Source: a virus
Lineage: Duplodnaviria > Caudoviricetes
Length of the DNA stretch: 58,592 nt
Strand: one strand, 5' to 3'
Virus record (IMG/VR): IMGVR_UViG_3300041809_003506
Coordinates: 1-58,592 of that record
Shown here: piece by piece, positions 36,230 through 47,564 of the stretch
How positions within the stretch are numbered: position 1 is the stretch's first letter
Layout of the letters: each line of letters opens with the position of its first letter
The notes under the pieces: model-generated
Database searches by the model: none
Told to the model about the DNA's origin: nothing
What the model saw: only the letters and a program-made list of their open reading frames with translations
Made by a program: the position numbers and the translations under genes

Positions 36230-37935
36230 CAGATCACCAGGAAGCCGCCGGACCGCTCTTGCGAGTCATAGACCGATTTCGCGTTTTTCGGTTCCGGATT
36301 GCGCACCATCACCGTCGCGGCATCAAACAACGCCATGACCGGATCGATCTTGGCATCGCCGGCGTTCTGTTTGGTGGCGCGGATCGCCGTCGCCAACGGC
36401 TCGATCTTGACGTTCTCGACGCACCAATTCATCAGCCGGCTCGGCGCGTGCAAGAAAGTCCCGTTGGCGAGCTTGCGCTCGGCTGTCTTGATCGCCGACA
36501 TCAGCTTATAGCCCTGACCGACGCCGACAATCTGCTCGCTTTCCTCGTTGATGCCGATTCCGTCGAGGGCGTCGACAAATTCGCCAAAGGGCCCCTCGGC
36601 ATCGAGCGCCACACAGCCGAGCAGCCCGGCATCGTTGATCTGCGCGATGATCTCAATAATCGCGCTGACGTCCTCGAGCTTGTCGCCGACGATGGTCAGT
36701 TCGCCGTCGGCGGCGAAGCCCTCGAGTGCCGCGGCGATGGTCTGCCGGCGCTGTAGCACGCCCTTATGGCACCAGGCGTGCGACCAGCTCAACCAGCGCT
36801 TGGTTTCCTTTTCGCGGCCCAGAATCGTCAAGCCGAACAGATCGTCGAGGCCACCGCCATCGATGCCGGCCACGATCACTTCGCAGCGCTCGAGCAGAGC
36901 GTCGAGCGCCAGCGTCGGATCTTCCGACTCGAGCCAAAACTCGGCGCCGGGCCAGCGGTCAGTTTTCAGTCCGATGCCGATCTCGATGTTGAGGTGATTT
37001 GATGCCCAGACGCGGATCGCGTGGTCGCCCTTCGCCCGCTCGGTTTGCCAATCGGCCGACAAGCTCCCAAGATGCACGGATCTTCCCAAATTCGGCATCA
37101 CCATCGGCCAATTCGAAGGATCCTGCCAGCGCGCGGGATCCTTGGCGATCGCCAACGGCAATTCGTAGATAATCGGCAGCATCGGGCGGATGTTTTGTCC
37201 GCGGAACCGGCCGTCGCGGATCTTCCGCGCCATCATCAGTTCGTCACGAAAGGCGCCGGCGGGAATGTCGTCGCTCTGCGTGGTGATGATGAGAAGCATG
37301 CCTTCCGGCGTCTTCTCCAGGCCGCCCCTGATCTGGCGCAGCACCTTGCCGGTGTGCGGGTTGCGGCCGAGCAGGTGCAGCTCGTCGACCAGCGCCAGGA
37401 TGAGGATGGTGCCGGTCAGGATGTTGACGTCGAACGTCTTGACCTTGAGCTCCGACTTGGTGACCAGGTCTTCGATGGTCTTGACGTGGTCGCGGGTGCG
37501 GAAGCGGCGCTTGAGGTCGGCCGAGGCCTCCACCATGCCGACCGCCTTGTCGTAAGCGTTATCGGCGATCGCCTGCGTCGGGCCGACGAACAGCGCCTCC
37601 GCCCGCGGGCGTTTGTTCATCAGCATGGCCGCCAGCAGCAGGCCGGCGCTGTAGGTTGTTTTCGACTGCCCCTTCGGTAGCATCGCGAAGATGTCGCGGA
37701 CGTAGCGCAGCTGCGCGGCCGAATCCCATGAGCCGAAGGCGACACGGACGATGTCGCGGAACCATTGCCCGGCGCCATCGCGCATCTTGGGCAGACCGGG
37801 AACGTCGGGAAGCTGCAGCTCGTCGAAAAATGCCAGCCCGAGCTTGGCCTCGGATTCAACCAGCGGCAGATCGGGGATAAGCGATCGTCCCTCCCGGATG
37901 CGATCTTCCCAATCCGGACAGCTGAGATCCCACAT
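36229..37935 (-). CDS. terL: Terminase large subunit
   Basis: LPKGQSKTT Walker A, LVDELH Walker B, ITTQSD, GIDGGGLDDL, KIDPVMA. Confidence 0.95.
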   Translation of the reverse strand: MWDLSCPDWEDRIREGRSLIPDLPLVESEAKLGLAFFDELQLPDVPGLPKMRDGAGQWFRDIVRVAFGSWDSAAQLRYVRDIFAMLPKGQSKTTYSAGLLLAAMLMNKRPRAEALFVGPTQAIADNAYDKAVGMVEASADLKRRFRTRDHVKTIEDLVTKSELKVKTFDVNILTGTILILALVDELHLLGRNPHTGKVLRQIRGGLEKTPEGMLLIITTQSDDIPAGAFRDELMMARKIRDGRFRGQNIRPMLPIIYELPLAIAKDPARWQDPSNWPMVMPNLGRSVHLGSLSADWQTERAKGDHAIRVWASNHLNIEIGIGLKTDRWPGAEFWLESEDPTLALDALLERCEVIVAGIDGGGLDDLFGLTILGREKETKRWLSWSHAWCHKGVLQRRQTIAAALEGFAADGELTIVGDKLEDVSAIIEIIAQINDAGLLGCVALDAEGPFGEFVDALDGIGINEESEQIVGVGQGYKLMSAIKTAERKLANGTFLHAPSRLMNWCVENVKIEPLATAIRATKQNAGDAKIDPVMALFDAATVMVRNPEPKNAKSVYDSQERSGGFLVI

Positions 37936-37936
37936 C

Positions 37937-38407
37937 TCAATTCGTCGGCTGGCCCTGGCGCTCCGCCATAAGGCTGCCGAGCGTCGATCCGGCGTCAGGC
38001 ATCCGCGCATCGCGAGCCGCCTGGTCCTTCTTCCCGAGCTTGGGTTCCTTCGGCTTCGGCGGCTCGGTCTGGCCGTACACCATCAGATCGTTCTGCTCGA
38101 GCAGCGCCCGGAATTCCTTGCCGGCGGCGACGTTGCCCGCCATGAACAGCGACCAAAGCTGCGTCGCGAGCTCGGCGTTGAGCCGATCGCGGGCGACATC
38201 GCGAAATTTGAGCTCGGAAAAATAATGCTTGCGCAGCGTCGGCAGCGTGACGAAGATTGCGTCGGCAATCCGCTTGTTGCTCCAGCCGAGCGCCACTAAC
38301 ATGCTGACGCGATTCCGGTTTTTCTGACTGGCGATGTGCTCGGGGCGGCCGCGCTGGCCCCAATTGGCGGGGACCGGGTCGCCGAACAGGTCCAAAATTT
38401 CAGTCAT
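37937..38407 (-). CDS. terS: Terminase small subunit
   Basis: GRPEH, HTH ...TLRKHYFSEL, GNVAA, KLGKK; upstream of terL. Confidence 0.85.
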   Translation of the reverse strand: MTEILDLFGDPVPANWGQRGRPEHIASQKNRNRVSMLVALGWSNKRIADAIFVTLPTLRKHYFSELKFRDVARDRLNAELATQLWSLFMAGNVAAGKEFRALLEQNDLMVYGQTEPPKPKEPKLGKKDQAARDARMPDAGSTLGSLMAERQGQPTN

Positions 38408-38472
38408 CGAAAAAAAATCCTTGGATTAGGGCGGCGCTTACTGCGCGGCGGCGGCGGCGATTGTTAAACCCC

Positions 38473-38817
38473 CTACCCGCTGCGGCTGTCCCGCTCTGAC
38501 TTCATGAGCGCCGTCTTGGCCTCGTGGTGACCGTGGCAAAGGCATTGCCCATTGCTGAGGTCGGTGGGCGATCCGCCATCCTCAATCTCGACGATGTGAT
38601 CAGCGTAGAGGCGATGGCTCGGTGAAGCATGCTTGCAGCGCTCGCCTGAAATGAGGATTGCCTGGCAGCGCCAGCCAGCGCGTTTAAGAACCGCGCTGCG
38701 CCACGCCCGATGTTCGGGCTTTTGATACCAGTCCCGATCGACCTTGCGATGCAGATTGGCGAACGGACTCGACAACGCCTTGATGAGCGGCGGCAGCTTG
38801 CGCAGGGGCATCGCCAT
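38473..38817 (-). CDS. Packaging-associated HNH endonuclease
   Basis: ADHIVEIEDGG...NGQCLCHGHHEAKT; adjacent to terS. Confidence 0.88.
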   Translation of the reverse strand: MAMPLRKLPPLIKALSSPFANLHRKVDRDWYQKPEHRAWRSAVLKRAGWRCQAILISGERCKHASPSHRLYADHIVEIEDGGSPTDLSNGQCLCHGHHEAKTALMKSERDSRSG

Positions 38818-39136
38818 GCAGCCTTACCATCATCCACACCCGCCAGGCACCCGTTCGGTCGCATTGGATATCGCAGACAACAGCGTCTAAGGACAGACGT
38901 TCATCTTCAATCGCACGGTGTATCCAATGATGCTTCACTGGCACGTAGCCGATGATCAAGTGCGGCGCGTTGGCTGGCGATATGGCAACCGCGTCGGCAT
39001 CGAACGGATTGTCAGGTTCGAGCCGGAAGAGCAGCCGATCGCCGACGTGAACGTGGACGGCGCAATAGCGCGCGCGATTGAAGCCGTCACGCCCGTGATG
39101 GCTCAACCCAGCGACGAAGCTTGGATATTCCTGCAT
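38684..39136 (-). CDS. HIRAN-domain protein
   Basis: VAGL...LEPDNPFDADAVAI...IGYVP; the 3' end overlaps the HNH gene. Confidence 0.75.
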   Translation of the reverse strand: MQEYPSFVAGLSHHGRDGFNRARYCAVHVHVGDRLLFRLEPDNPFDADAVAISPANAPHLIIGYVPVKHHWIHRAIEDERLSLDAVVCDIQCDRTGAWRVWMMVRLHGDAPAQAAAAHQGVVESVRQSASQGRSGLVSKARTSGVAQRGS

Positions 39137-39296
39137 CGCTATCCCCCGCACGCCGTCACATGACGCCAGGGAATCAGCGTTTCTGCGCTATGTCAATGTC
39201 CGAAAAAGCAAAACGCCCCAGAATGGACATTCCGAGGCGCGGACGACTCACAGAGCAACACAGTGGCAATTTACTGCCCCTGATGCGTACCCCATG

Positions 39297-40043
39297 TCAA
39301 GGCCGCGACTTCGCCGCAAGAACGGCACGATGCAATTGTGGGCTCCAGGCATAGCGTGCCGCTTCGTCGAACACGTCACGCGCGCGGCGCGGTCCGCGGG
39401 CGCCTTTAGCTTCGATGCTGATGCCGAGTTCGCTGGCGATCGTATCGAGGCATTCGCGAAAGCGAACGCCCAGCGCCCGCTGCTCCCATTGGCCGCTGCG
39501 CCCGAGCAGCAATATCACTTTTTTCAGGTCGTACTTATGGCCGAGCACCCAAGTGACGATCCGATCGCCGACAATGCCGAGCGCCTGGCGCAGTTCGTTG
39601 AGCTGCGCTTGCGCGGACAATCGCGCATCGGTATCCGGCATTTCGAAGCGGCCGCCATCGACGATGTCGCGTGTTGGATCGATGCCTCGAGCGCCGCCGA
39701 TTTCGGCGAGCTCATAGAGCCGCTGCCATCGCCGCGCTGCTTTGAGCCGCATTTCGGTTTCGGTGATGCTGTCGCCGAGCTGGCCGCGCTTCGCCATCTG
39801 ACCGACCGGGTCATCACGCAGATTGACTATTTTGGCGCGGACCTCGCCGTTGGCATCATGCGGGTCGGAAACGTAATGCACGCCGAGATCATCGCGGCCG
39901 TTGATGTAAGGCACGCGCCGTTCGGCGACGTCGGCGAGCGCCGTTTCGAGCAACTTCTCCGCAGCACGCGCCTGCTTGCGCTTACGTCTCAGATCGGCGT
40001 CAACAGCATTCCGCGCAGCAGTCCGTTTTTTTGCTTCGCTCAT
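39297..40043 (-). CDS. Late transcriptional regulator / antiterminator candidate (DUF6456-like)
   Basis: Q-like position; IDPTRDIVDGG...FRECLDTIA. Confidence 0.65.
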   Translation of the reverse strand: MSEAKKRTAARNAVDADLRRKRKQARAAEKLLETALADVAERRVPYINGRDDLGVHYVSDPHDANGEVRAKIVNLRDDPVGQMAKRGQLGDSITETEMRLKAARRWQRLYELAEIGGARGIDPTRDIVDGGRFEMPDTDARLSAQAQLNELRQALGIVGDRIVTWVLGHKYDLKKVILLLGRSGQWEQRALGVRFRECLDTIASELGISIEAKGARGPRRARDVFDEAARYAWSPQLHRAVLAAKSRP

Positions 40044-40100
40044 TCGCCGTTTCCCTCTTAATCTTGCTGTTGCGGCCGAACACTGGCGGTTACGGAGCAC

Positions 40101-40427
40101 AACGCTTTTGGCAATTTGCCAAAAGCGTTCCGGGAGGCAGTGGGAGGATCAGAAAATCAGCGCATGCGATCCTCCCACGTCGAAAAGCCAACAAACACAA
40201 GATTTTTAGAAGCGATTTGGGAGGATGGGAGGATTGGGAGGATTTTGGTAACTGTGACTCACGTGTGCGCGCTCGCGCACATACACGTGAGTCCTCATTG
40301 CCAATAAGCTGCGAAACCTTCCACATCCTCCCGACGCCTTTTCTAACAATGGGTTACACGGACGCCACAAGCTCCCAATCCGGGAGGATGGGAGGATCAG
40401 AACGTGACTTCTTCATCCAATCCTCCC
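40101..40427. repeat. Putative replication origin: GGGAGGAT iterons and palindromes
   Basis: Nine GGGAGGAT copies in both orientations; perfect 14-bp inverted repeat at 40101-40129; imperfect one at 40256-40293; directly after the helicase gene. Confidence 0.7.
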
Positions 40428-42226
40428 CTATTGACATTTTGCGAATCACCCTTGAGCACGTGACCGTCGCTGTCGACGAAGTCGCTGACCTGGTGCTTGA
40501 GCTTGACGCCGAGCCACCACATCACGTCCGAATGTTTAGAGATAAAGCCGCGCTCCTTGAGCGCCATCGCCAATCCCTTCGGCGACCACTCGGCGACCGA
40601 GTTGGCCTTACCCCACGCGCAGAACAGCGCATGCATTTCGCTCGAGCGCACGCGGCCGGCCTTTGAAACGACGACGCAGGCCTCGAGGAAGCGGCCGCAC
40701 GGATCACTGTCGCGGCGATAGTCGGCTGTGGCGGCAGTGACGTCTTCCGGCGTGACCAACCCATGCTCGAGCCAATCGCGCAGACCGTCAAGCAAACGAT
40801 TGAGAATGCCGGAGGCCTCAGCGCGCACTTTCGCGCCCAGATGGCGATCGATTTTCTCCTTCGGCACGGTGATGGCCCACGGCACGAGCTCGACGCGACG
40901 CCAGATGCCTTCATCGGCGCCGACGATTTGCGGTCGATAATTGCCGCTGATCGTGAGCTTGAATTGCGGATAGAACTTGAAATAGTCGCGGTTGAGATGG
41001 CGCGCGAGCAGCGGCTCGCCGCCGGTCGCGAGCTTGATTAATGTTTCGGCGAGCTTGGCGCCCTTGTCAGGCTCCGACGTGCGCAGATGGCGAACGCCCG
41101 GGAGGATGGCCAGATCCGGCGTCGCCTGACCAGCATTGCGCGATCGACCTTCGTTCAAAAAGGTTTCGATCGGCACGGTCTCGGAATAGTCGCCGGCGAC
41201 GTAAGCGCAAACATCGATGAAGGTGGACTTGCCGTTCTTGCCCTTGCCCCAGAACACGCAGAGTTTTTGATCGGTGACGTCGCCGGTGAGCGACAGGCCT
41301 TGCCATTGCAAGAGGAAGCGTCGGTTTTCCGCCTTTGGCTGCACGTAGGCAAGGAAATCATCGAAGATCGGACAGACCGCGTCCTTGTTGTAGACGACCG
41401 GCGAGCACTTGGTCATGAGGTCGGCGGGATCGTGTTGCTTGAATGTGACGCTGTCGCCTTCCGCGACCTTGCGGCAGATTAGCGTGCCGTTGGCGACGTT
41501 GAGCTTGAACGGATCGGCGTCGAGGAGCTCCGTTGCAACGTGCAGATATGGCGCCGCGCGCTTGGCGATCGGCGCCAGACGGTTCGCCTGTTCCGAAGAA
41601 CGTCCCCAGGCGCGCAATTTGTCCGACATGAGGATCACGCCCTGACCCTTCGGGACTTCGAAGTCGCGGCCGCTGGCGGCGAGCGCAGTGCCTTCGTCCT
41701 GAATAGCTCGGACGGTGACGTGCTCGGCGAGCTTGACCTTTTCCTCTGATCCGTCACGGCACCAACGCTTGCCGTCCCACCACAACCAGCCGAGCGCCGG
41801 ACACCAGAGAAGCTTGCCGCGGTAGCGCTCACGGAAGCGCTCGGCGTTGCCGAGATCGGTGTGCGGAAAGAACGCCAGCCGAAGATTGAGGCCGTCGCCG
41901 TCGTCATCGGCAGGTGCCAGCGGCGGCAGATCGCCTCTGTTGCCGCCGCCTCCACTTTCCGATGATGGATGCTTTTGCGGTAACGCTCCCATTTGGGAGG
42001 ATGTTCGAAAAGAAACGACATTGCCGCCGACAGGCGCGGCAACCGGCGCGGCCGCGGCGGCAGTGGGAGGATCTGTGCCCTTGTCGCTGGAAGGCGAAGA
42101 CCGATCGGTGCGCGCCTGGCGGCGCGCCGGTTTTTTCGCAGCGCGCTCCGCGCGCGGGATCTCGGGCGCCTCGATCGGCCCCGCAGCATCGATGATGGCG
42201 ACGATACGTTCCCAGCCCATGCGCAA
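40397..42226 (-). CDS. P4-family D5-like SF3 helicase
   Basis: TDLGNAERF, WDGKRW, GKGKNGKST Walker A, TGGEPLLAR, DEGIWRR. Confidence 0.92.
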   Translation of the reverse strand: MRMGWERIVAIIDAAGPIEAPEIPRAERAAKKPARRQARTDRSSPSSDKGTDPPTAAAAAPVAAPVGGNVVSFRTSSQMGALPQKHPSSESGGGGNRGDLPPLAPADDDGDGLNLRLAFFPHTDLGNAERFRERYRGKLLWCPALGWLWWDGKRWCRDGSEEKVKLAEHVTVRAIQDEGTALAASGRDFEVPKGQGVILMSDKLRAWGRSSEQANRLAPIAKRAAPYLHVATELLDADPFKLNVANGTLICRKVAEGDSVTFKQHDPADLMTKCSPVVYNKDAVCPIFDDFLAYVQPKAENRRFLLQWQGLSLTGDVTDQKLCVFWGKGKNGKSTFIDVCAYVAGDYSETVPIETFLNEGRSRNAGQATPDLAILPGVRHLRTSEPDKGAKLAETLIKLATGGEPLLARHLNRDYFKFYPQFKLTISGNYRPQIVGADEGIWRRVELVPWAITVPKEKIDRHLGAKVRAEASGILNRLLDGLRDWLEHGLVTPEDVTAATADYRRDSDPCGRFLEACVVVSKAGRVRSSEMHALFCAWGKANSVAEWSPKGLAMALKERGFISKHSDVMWWLGVKLKHQVSDFVDSDGHVLKGDSQNVNRGGLDEEVTF

Positions 42227-42232
42227 TTTTCT

Positions 42233-43429
42233 CTAGGCCGCTCGCCGCAGCTCATCGTTGAAGTCCTCGCCATCGGGTGCCCAGGCGACGCGCACGCTGC
42301 GACCAGGCGCGGCATAACGTCGAGCTGATCGAGCCAGGGCGCATTGCGTGGTGAAGCGATCGCTGTCGCCGTCGCCGAGCAGTACCAGGTCCGTCACGCT
42401 CTCCGGTATCGTTAGACCTGGCGCGCGCAGATCGGGCTCAGCGCCCGGCACCCGCCGCGTGCGGCCGGCTTTATCTTTCAATGTCGGATGCGGCACGCTG
42501 TCGGCCGCCTTGCCGGCGAGGTTGCCGAGATCGACGGCCGACCAGAACGCCATATTGACCATGCCGACCGTGTCCTTGTTGCGCCGGCGGTCCAAGAGCA
42601 GCGCCAGCCAGACCGAGAGAACCGTTTCGATGCCCTCGCCGATCATCAACGTGTGCGGCCACTCGCTCATGCAGGCCACGCGAATGATGTTGCCGGCCTT
42701 CGAACCGCGCACCTTTTTCGCCGGCAGCGTGGCGTTGGGATCCTCGCTGTCCGTGTCTCGTATCCAGGCCTTGCGCCCGGGCTTGACCGGATCGAGCCAG
42801 GTGATGTGCACAGCACGGAAACGTCGCTCAGCGTCGACGATCGCCGCCAGCATCGCCGGCCCGCGATAGACGACGCGCGGCGACATGCGGCCAACCTCGT
42901 TTTCCGCCTCGCCATGGAAATAGGCGACGTCGGGAGCAAAACGCAGCGGCACGCGATCGGGCAGTTCCACCAAGCCGCGATGGATCAAATAATCCTCGGC
43001 CCAAGAACCGCGCAGTTCGGCGCCGGCGTGCCAGATATCGAAGGCGACCTTGCGTTCCCGTTCACGATAGCTGTTGGCCTCGCGCTCCGACAGTTGGCGC
43101 TTCTCCTCGCGTTCGCGCTCGAGCTCGGCCGCGCGATCGGCGGATGGCTCGGCTGAGCCGCCCAACAATTCGACGGCACGGGGAAAATCGACGTCCTCGC
43201 GCTTCATCATGAGCTTGATGACGTCGCCGCCGTCGGCGCAGACGGCGCACACCCAGCCATCGGCGTCACATTCGAACGCCGTGGAATCCCGCGCCTGTGG
43301 ATCGGGCGAATGCAGCGGGCACGGCCCAATCAGCTTCTTGCCGTGCTTGCGCAGCTTCACCCACTTACCCGCGACCTGGTCGCAGGGATTGCGGGCTTTC
43401 AGATCGGCAAGGGCGGCCTCGGAGATCAT
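42233..43429 (-). CDS. DNA primase (CHC2 zinc finger plus Toprim)
   Basis: GPCPLH...CAVC...GGDVI; IGEGIET; LGDGD; DFND. Confidence 0.9.
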   Translation of the reverse strand: MISEAALADLKARNPCDQVAGKWVKLRKHGKKLIGPCPLHSPDPQARDSTAFECDADGWVCAVCADGGDVIKLMMKREDVDFPRAVELLGGSAEPSADRAAELEREREEKRQLSEREANSYRERERKVAFDIWHAGAELRGSWAEDYLIHRGLVELPDRVPLRFAPDVAYFHGEAENEVGRMSPRVVYRGPAMLAAIVDAERRFRAVHITWLDPVKPGRKAWIRDTDSEDPNATLPAKKVRGSKAGNIIRVACMSEWPHTLMIGEGIETVLSVWLALLLDRRRNKDTVGMVNMAFWSAVDLGNLAGKAADSVPHPTLKDKAGRTRRVPGAEPDLRAPGLTIPESVTDLVLLGDGDSDRFTTQCALARSARRYAAPGRSVRVAWAPDGEDFNDELRRAA

Positions 43430-43950
43430 GTGCCGACCTTCGGCCCTTCCGAGCCATCATTCTCATACCAAGTAAATTCGCCGTCCTCGCCGACCGGGAA
43501 ATGGGCACGGCACGTGGTGCAGAAGGTGCCGTTATAGAACTTTGGATCGCGAGCGTATGTCTCGGCGATTTCGCGGCTCATGGTGGTGATCTTGCCGCAC
43601 TTCAAATGCCGATAGGCGTCACGTACCGGTCGCACAAAGCCTTTAGCTCGTTCGGCGGGCGTCAAAACGATGTAGCCTTTTTGTTGGCCGGTTGAAGGAT
43701 TGATCTCGCGATGATCTTCCGTCACGGAACCGCCGCCGGATAGCTCGCGCGCCGAACGATCAACCGGGATGGCCTCCGCGGCTTTCCTCTTTGCTATCTC
43801 CCATTTTGCATACGCTGCGGAAACAGTCTTCTCCGCTTCGTACAAAGCCATCCTGGCCTGTTCTTTCAACAAGACTGCCCGGTCATAGTCCCATTGCGCG
43901 CGCTCGAGCTCGGTCGTCGATTGCTCGGGAAGACTGTCGCCGTGGCCCAT
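43426..43950 (-). CDS. Hypothetical zinc-ribbon protein
   Basis: HLKCG...FCTTCRAH; coupled. Confidence 0.65.
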   Translation of the reverse strand: MGHGDSLPEQSTTELERAQWDYDRAVLLKEQARMALYEAEKTVSAAYAKWEIAKRKAAEAIPVDRSARELSGGGSVTEDHREINPSTGQQKGYIVLTPAERAKGFVRPVRDAYRHLKCGKITTMSREIAETYARDPKFYNGTFCTTCRAHFPVGEDGEFTWYENDGSEGPKVGT

Positions 43951-43960
43951 TGTTTTTTCC

Positions 43961-44239
43961 TCAGTGGACGGTATCGCGGACTTCTCTCATCTGCTTCAGC
44001 AGATACTCGGAAATTCCGCGCTCGTTGGTCTCTCGGATCGTCGCCCATGACATTTCGATGATCAGGGCCTTGTCATCCATCGCCACGGCGAATCTCACAG
44101 CCTCGCGAGATCGCGCCGCGACAATCTTGCCGCCAACGTCATCAGCAACTTTCTCGCCGCGCTCTACGCGCTTGAGGATCTCGGCGATACGGTCAGCTTG
44201 CTGCTTGAGGACGCGAAGCGGCGATCGAGCCGTCGTCAT
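43961..44239 (-). CDS. Hypothetical protein
   Basis: GGAGGTG SD; ATGA coupling. Confidence 0.6.
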   Translation of the reverse strand: MTTARSPLRVLKQQADRIAEILKRVERGEKVADDVGGKIVAARSREAVRFAVAMDDKALIIEMSWATIRETNERGISEYLLKQMREVRDTVH

Positions 44240-44469
44240 GCCGTCACCTCCGCCAGGCGCTCGGCCTTGCGCTGCGCATTGAGGCATTTGCGCAGCCCGA
44301 GCTTGCGCTGCCAGAGCCTGATCGTGGATTCCTTGACGCCGAGCTCCTCCGCCAACAGCGCCGGATCGACGCCGGCATGGCTGCGCAGGAAGGCCGCGCG
44401 TTCGCTGGTGAGCCAATAGGGCTTCGGCTCCCATAGTTCGGGCGCGTGGACTTTGACCTGGCGCGTCAT
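44236..44469 (-). CDS. Small HTH protein
   Basis: LAEELGVKESTIRLWQRKLGL. Confidence 0.65.
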   Translation of the reverse strand: MTRQVKVHAPELWEPKPYWLTSERAAFLRSHAGVDPALLAEELGVKESTIRLWQRKLGLRKCLNAQRKAERLAEVTA

Positions 44470-44903
44470 CGGGCGCCTTCCTGTAGCCGCTGCAGCAACG
44501 GATCGGGGAGGCGCTGTGCCGATATGATTTTGGACTTGTTACGTCGCCGTCCGGCCCATTGGCGCTTTCGCACCTTCGGGTTCTTGTTGATCTTGATGCA
44601 GTGGAACCGCGCCTGGCGGCGCATTTCCGGCCGCGACATGACATCGGCCATCACCGCTGCCTGCACCGAGCGGTACGCCGGCGCGCGCCGCACCCGCTTC
44701 TGCCCGCGGATGCACTTATTCTTCAGTGCCTCGTTGTCGCGCATGCACGCGTTGAGCCGCTTCATGCGGCCGGACCTGGCAGCCCGCTCATCGGCGGTGA
44801 TCGTTGCCGGTCGGCGGTCAGCGTATTGGCCGCTGCGCCACCGCTGCCGCATCGCGGCGCTGAAGGCTTCCCGGCGCTCTGGTGTCCAGGGCTTGCCGCT
44901 CAT
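44466..44903 (-). CDS. Basic Arg-rich DNA-binding-like protein
   Basis: WTPERREAFSAAMRQRW; coupled on both sides. Confidence 0.55.
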   Translation of the reverse strand: MSGKPWTPERREAFSAAMRQRWRSGQYADRRPATITADERAARSGRMKRLNACMRDNEALKNKCIRGQKRVRRAPAYRSVQAAVMADVMSRPEMRRQARFHCIKINKNPKVRKRQWAGRRRNKSKIISAQRLPDPLLQRLQEGAR

Positions 44904-45256
44904 GCCGCCTTCTCCGTCTTGCGGCCCTTGAGGCGATCGATGATCTCGCGATCGGCGACGACGCGGTCGATCAGCTTGGCGCAGGCGCGCAGTTCCTGTG
45001 CGCGTCTGAGCATCGGCTGATAGCGATAGGTGCGGATGGGCGGCGACGTCGGCGTGTTCATCACCAGGGCGTCTTGCGATGACTCGATGCGCTCGGCTTC
45101 GGTCAATGCGGCGTCACGCATCCGGGCAAAGGTCATCGGCAGACACGCAGGCGGCGCGTCGCCGTCGTCCCAGGCGAGCCCGCAGCGTTCGCATTCCCAG
45201 CCGCTTGTGAGCTGCTGGGCGACGCAGACAACGGTCGGGGTTTTCTGCTCGCTCAT
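44900..45256 (-). CDS. Hypothetical zinc-binding protein
   Basis: C...CERCG...C; coupled. Confidence 0.55.
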   Translation of the reverse strand: MSEQKTPTVVCVAQQLTSGWECERCGLAWDDGDAPPACLPMTFARMRDAALTEAERIESSQDALVMNTPTSPPIRTYRYQPMLRRAQELRACAKLIDRVVADREIIDRLKGRKTEKAA

Positions 45257-45567
45257 GCTCGGCATGCCTCTTTCGGCGAGTTGTCGATGATGTGAAATTC
45301 GATCGGCTGCTCCGGATAGAACACGCCGAGCCGCACCAGCCATTCCTCGACCTCGCGGCGGATGATTTCGCGCGCCGCTTCGAAGGATGGCGCCGGCCGG
45401 AAGCTGGACCTGTGATATTCCGGCAATCGCAGCGAGAACGTCGCCTTGATGCGCTGCCCGCGATATTCGGAGATCTCGCCGACGATCACGTCGCCGAGCC
45501 GCACCAGTTCGCGATCGAACTCGCCGCGGGTGAAGGTGAGGATCGGCGTCACGGCACGATCCACCAT
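45253..45567 (-). CDS. Hypothetical protein
   Basis: Co-oriented; ATGA coupling. Confidence 0.55.
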   Translation of the reverse strand: MVDRAVTPILTFTRGEFDRELVRLGDVIVGEISEYRGQRIKATFSLRLPEYHRSSFRPAPSFEAAREIIRREVEEWLVRLGVFYPEQPIEFHIIDNSPKEACRA

Positions 45568-45616
45568 GCGATGCCGGCGGCGGCGAGCAAAGCGAGGAGG
45601 GTGATTATTTCATCGC

Positions 45617-46048
45617 TCATATGCTCGACCATCCCTGCTCGCGATGCGTCTTGCCGTGGGCGAGCGGCAGTTTCAGAATCTCCGGAAACAGCTCGCGCAA
45701 TTCATTCAGCGTCGGCTCTTGCTTGTCCGGCTCCCATTCCCGCGCCCGGCTGCAGAGCTGATCGGCGATGATCCACCAGCTGGCGATCATCGATTTGGAA
45801 TCGATCGCCTTCTGGATGTGATCGGTCATGCGACGGAGCAAGTTCTCGCACTCAATCAGATAGCGGCGGTCATCCTCGCGGCCATCTTCGAGCACGCCGC
45901 CCTTGGTGACCGGATGCTTGATCATCTCGACCAGGGTGCGGCGATCGTCGATCGACAACCTGGCGCCGGCCCAGGCCAGGCATTTGCGCAGATTGGAATT
46001 CTCCAGCTCGGCGAGATCGCAGCACTCGGGCGATGGATGCGTGGTCAT
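45617..46048 (-). CDS. Hypothetical protein
   Basis: GGAG SD; ATGA coupling. Confidence 0.55.
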   Translation of the reverse strand: MTTHPSPECCDLAELENSNLRKCLAWAGARLSIDDRRTLVEMIKHPVTKGGVLEDGREDDRRYLIECENLLRRMTDHIQKAIDSKSMIASWWIIADQLCSRAREWEPDKQEPTLNELRELFPEILKLPLAHGKTHREQGWSSI

Positions 46049-46400
46049 CGCTGCGGCTCCGCTTCGATCTCGACCAGCCTGCCGAGCGGCTCGCGATACT
46101 TACCGGCGATCAAATCAAGGAGCGTGCCAAAGGGGCCGGCGGCGGAGCCATCCGGATTGCGGGTGATGGTTTCGCGTATGGCGTCGATCGAGCATCCATG
46201 CTGCAGCAACAGGCTGAGCATGACCGCGCCGTCCCTGGCGTGCGTCTCCAGCGCAGTGCCGGATTTGCTGACGTTCAAGAAGACTTCGCCGATGCGGCCG
46301 TGCCCATAGCGGCCGACGCCGGCCGTGTAGTGAAAGCCGCAGTGGTCGAACTCGAAAACCTCATGACTGCGGAGATCGGGCATGCGTGAGCGGGCGGAGC

Positions 46401-46404
<4 letters not shown>
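46045..46404 (-). CDS. Stand-alone TSCPD (NrdJ C-terminal-like) domain protein
   Basis: GRIGEVFL...K.GT...ARDGAVMLSLLLQHG. Confidence 0.75.

Positions 46405-47560
<1,156 letters not shown>

Positions 47561-47564
<4 letters not shown>

Noticed and set aside
38410-38470. cos site between HNH and terS
   Set aside because: The position is plausible but no sequence feature lets me define it.
40141-40427. CRISPR array or clustered Shine-Dalgarno sites
   Set aside because: The repeats are 8 bp, in both orientations, irregularly spaced and not followed by genes; iterons fit better.
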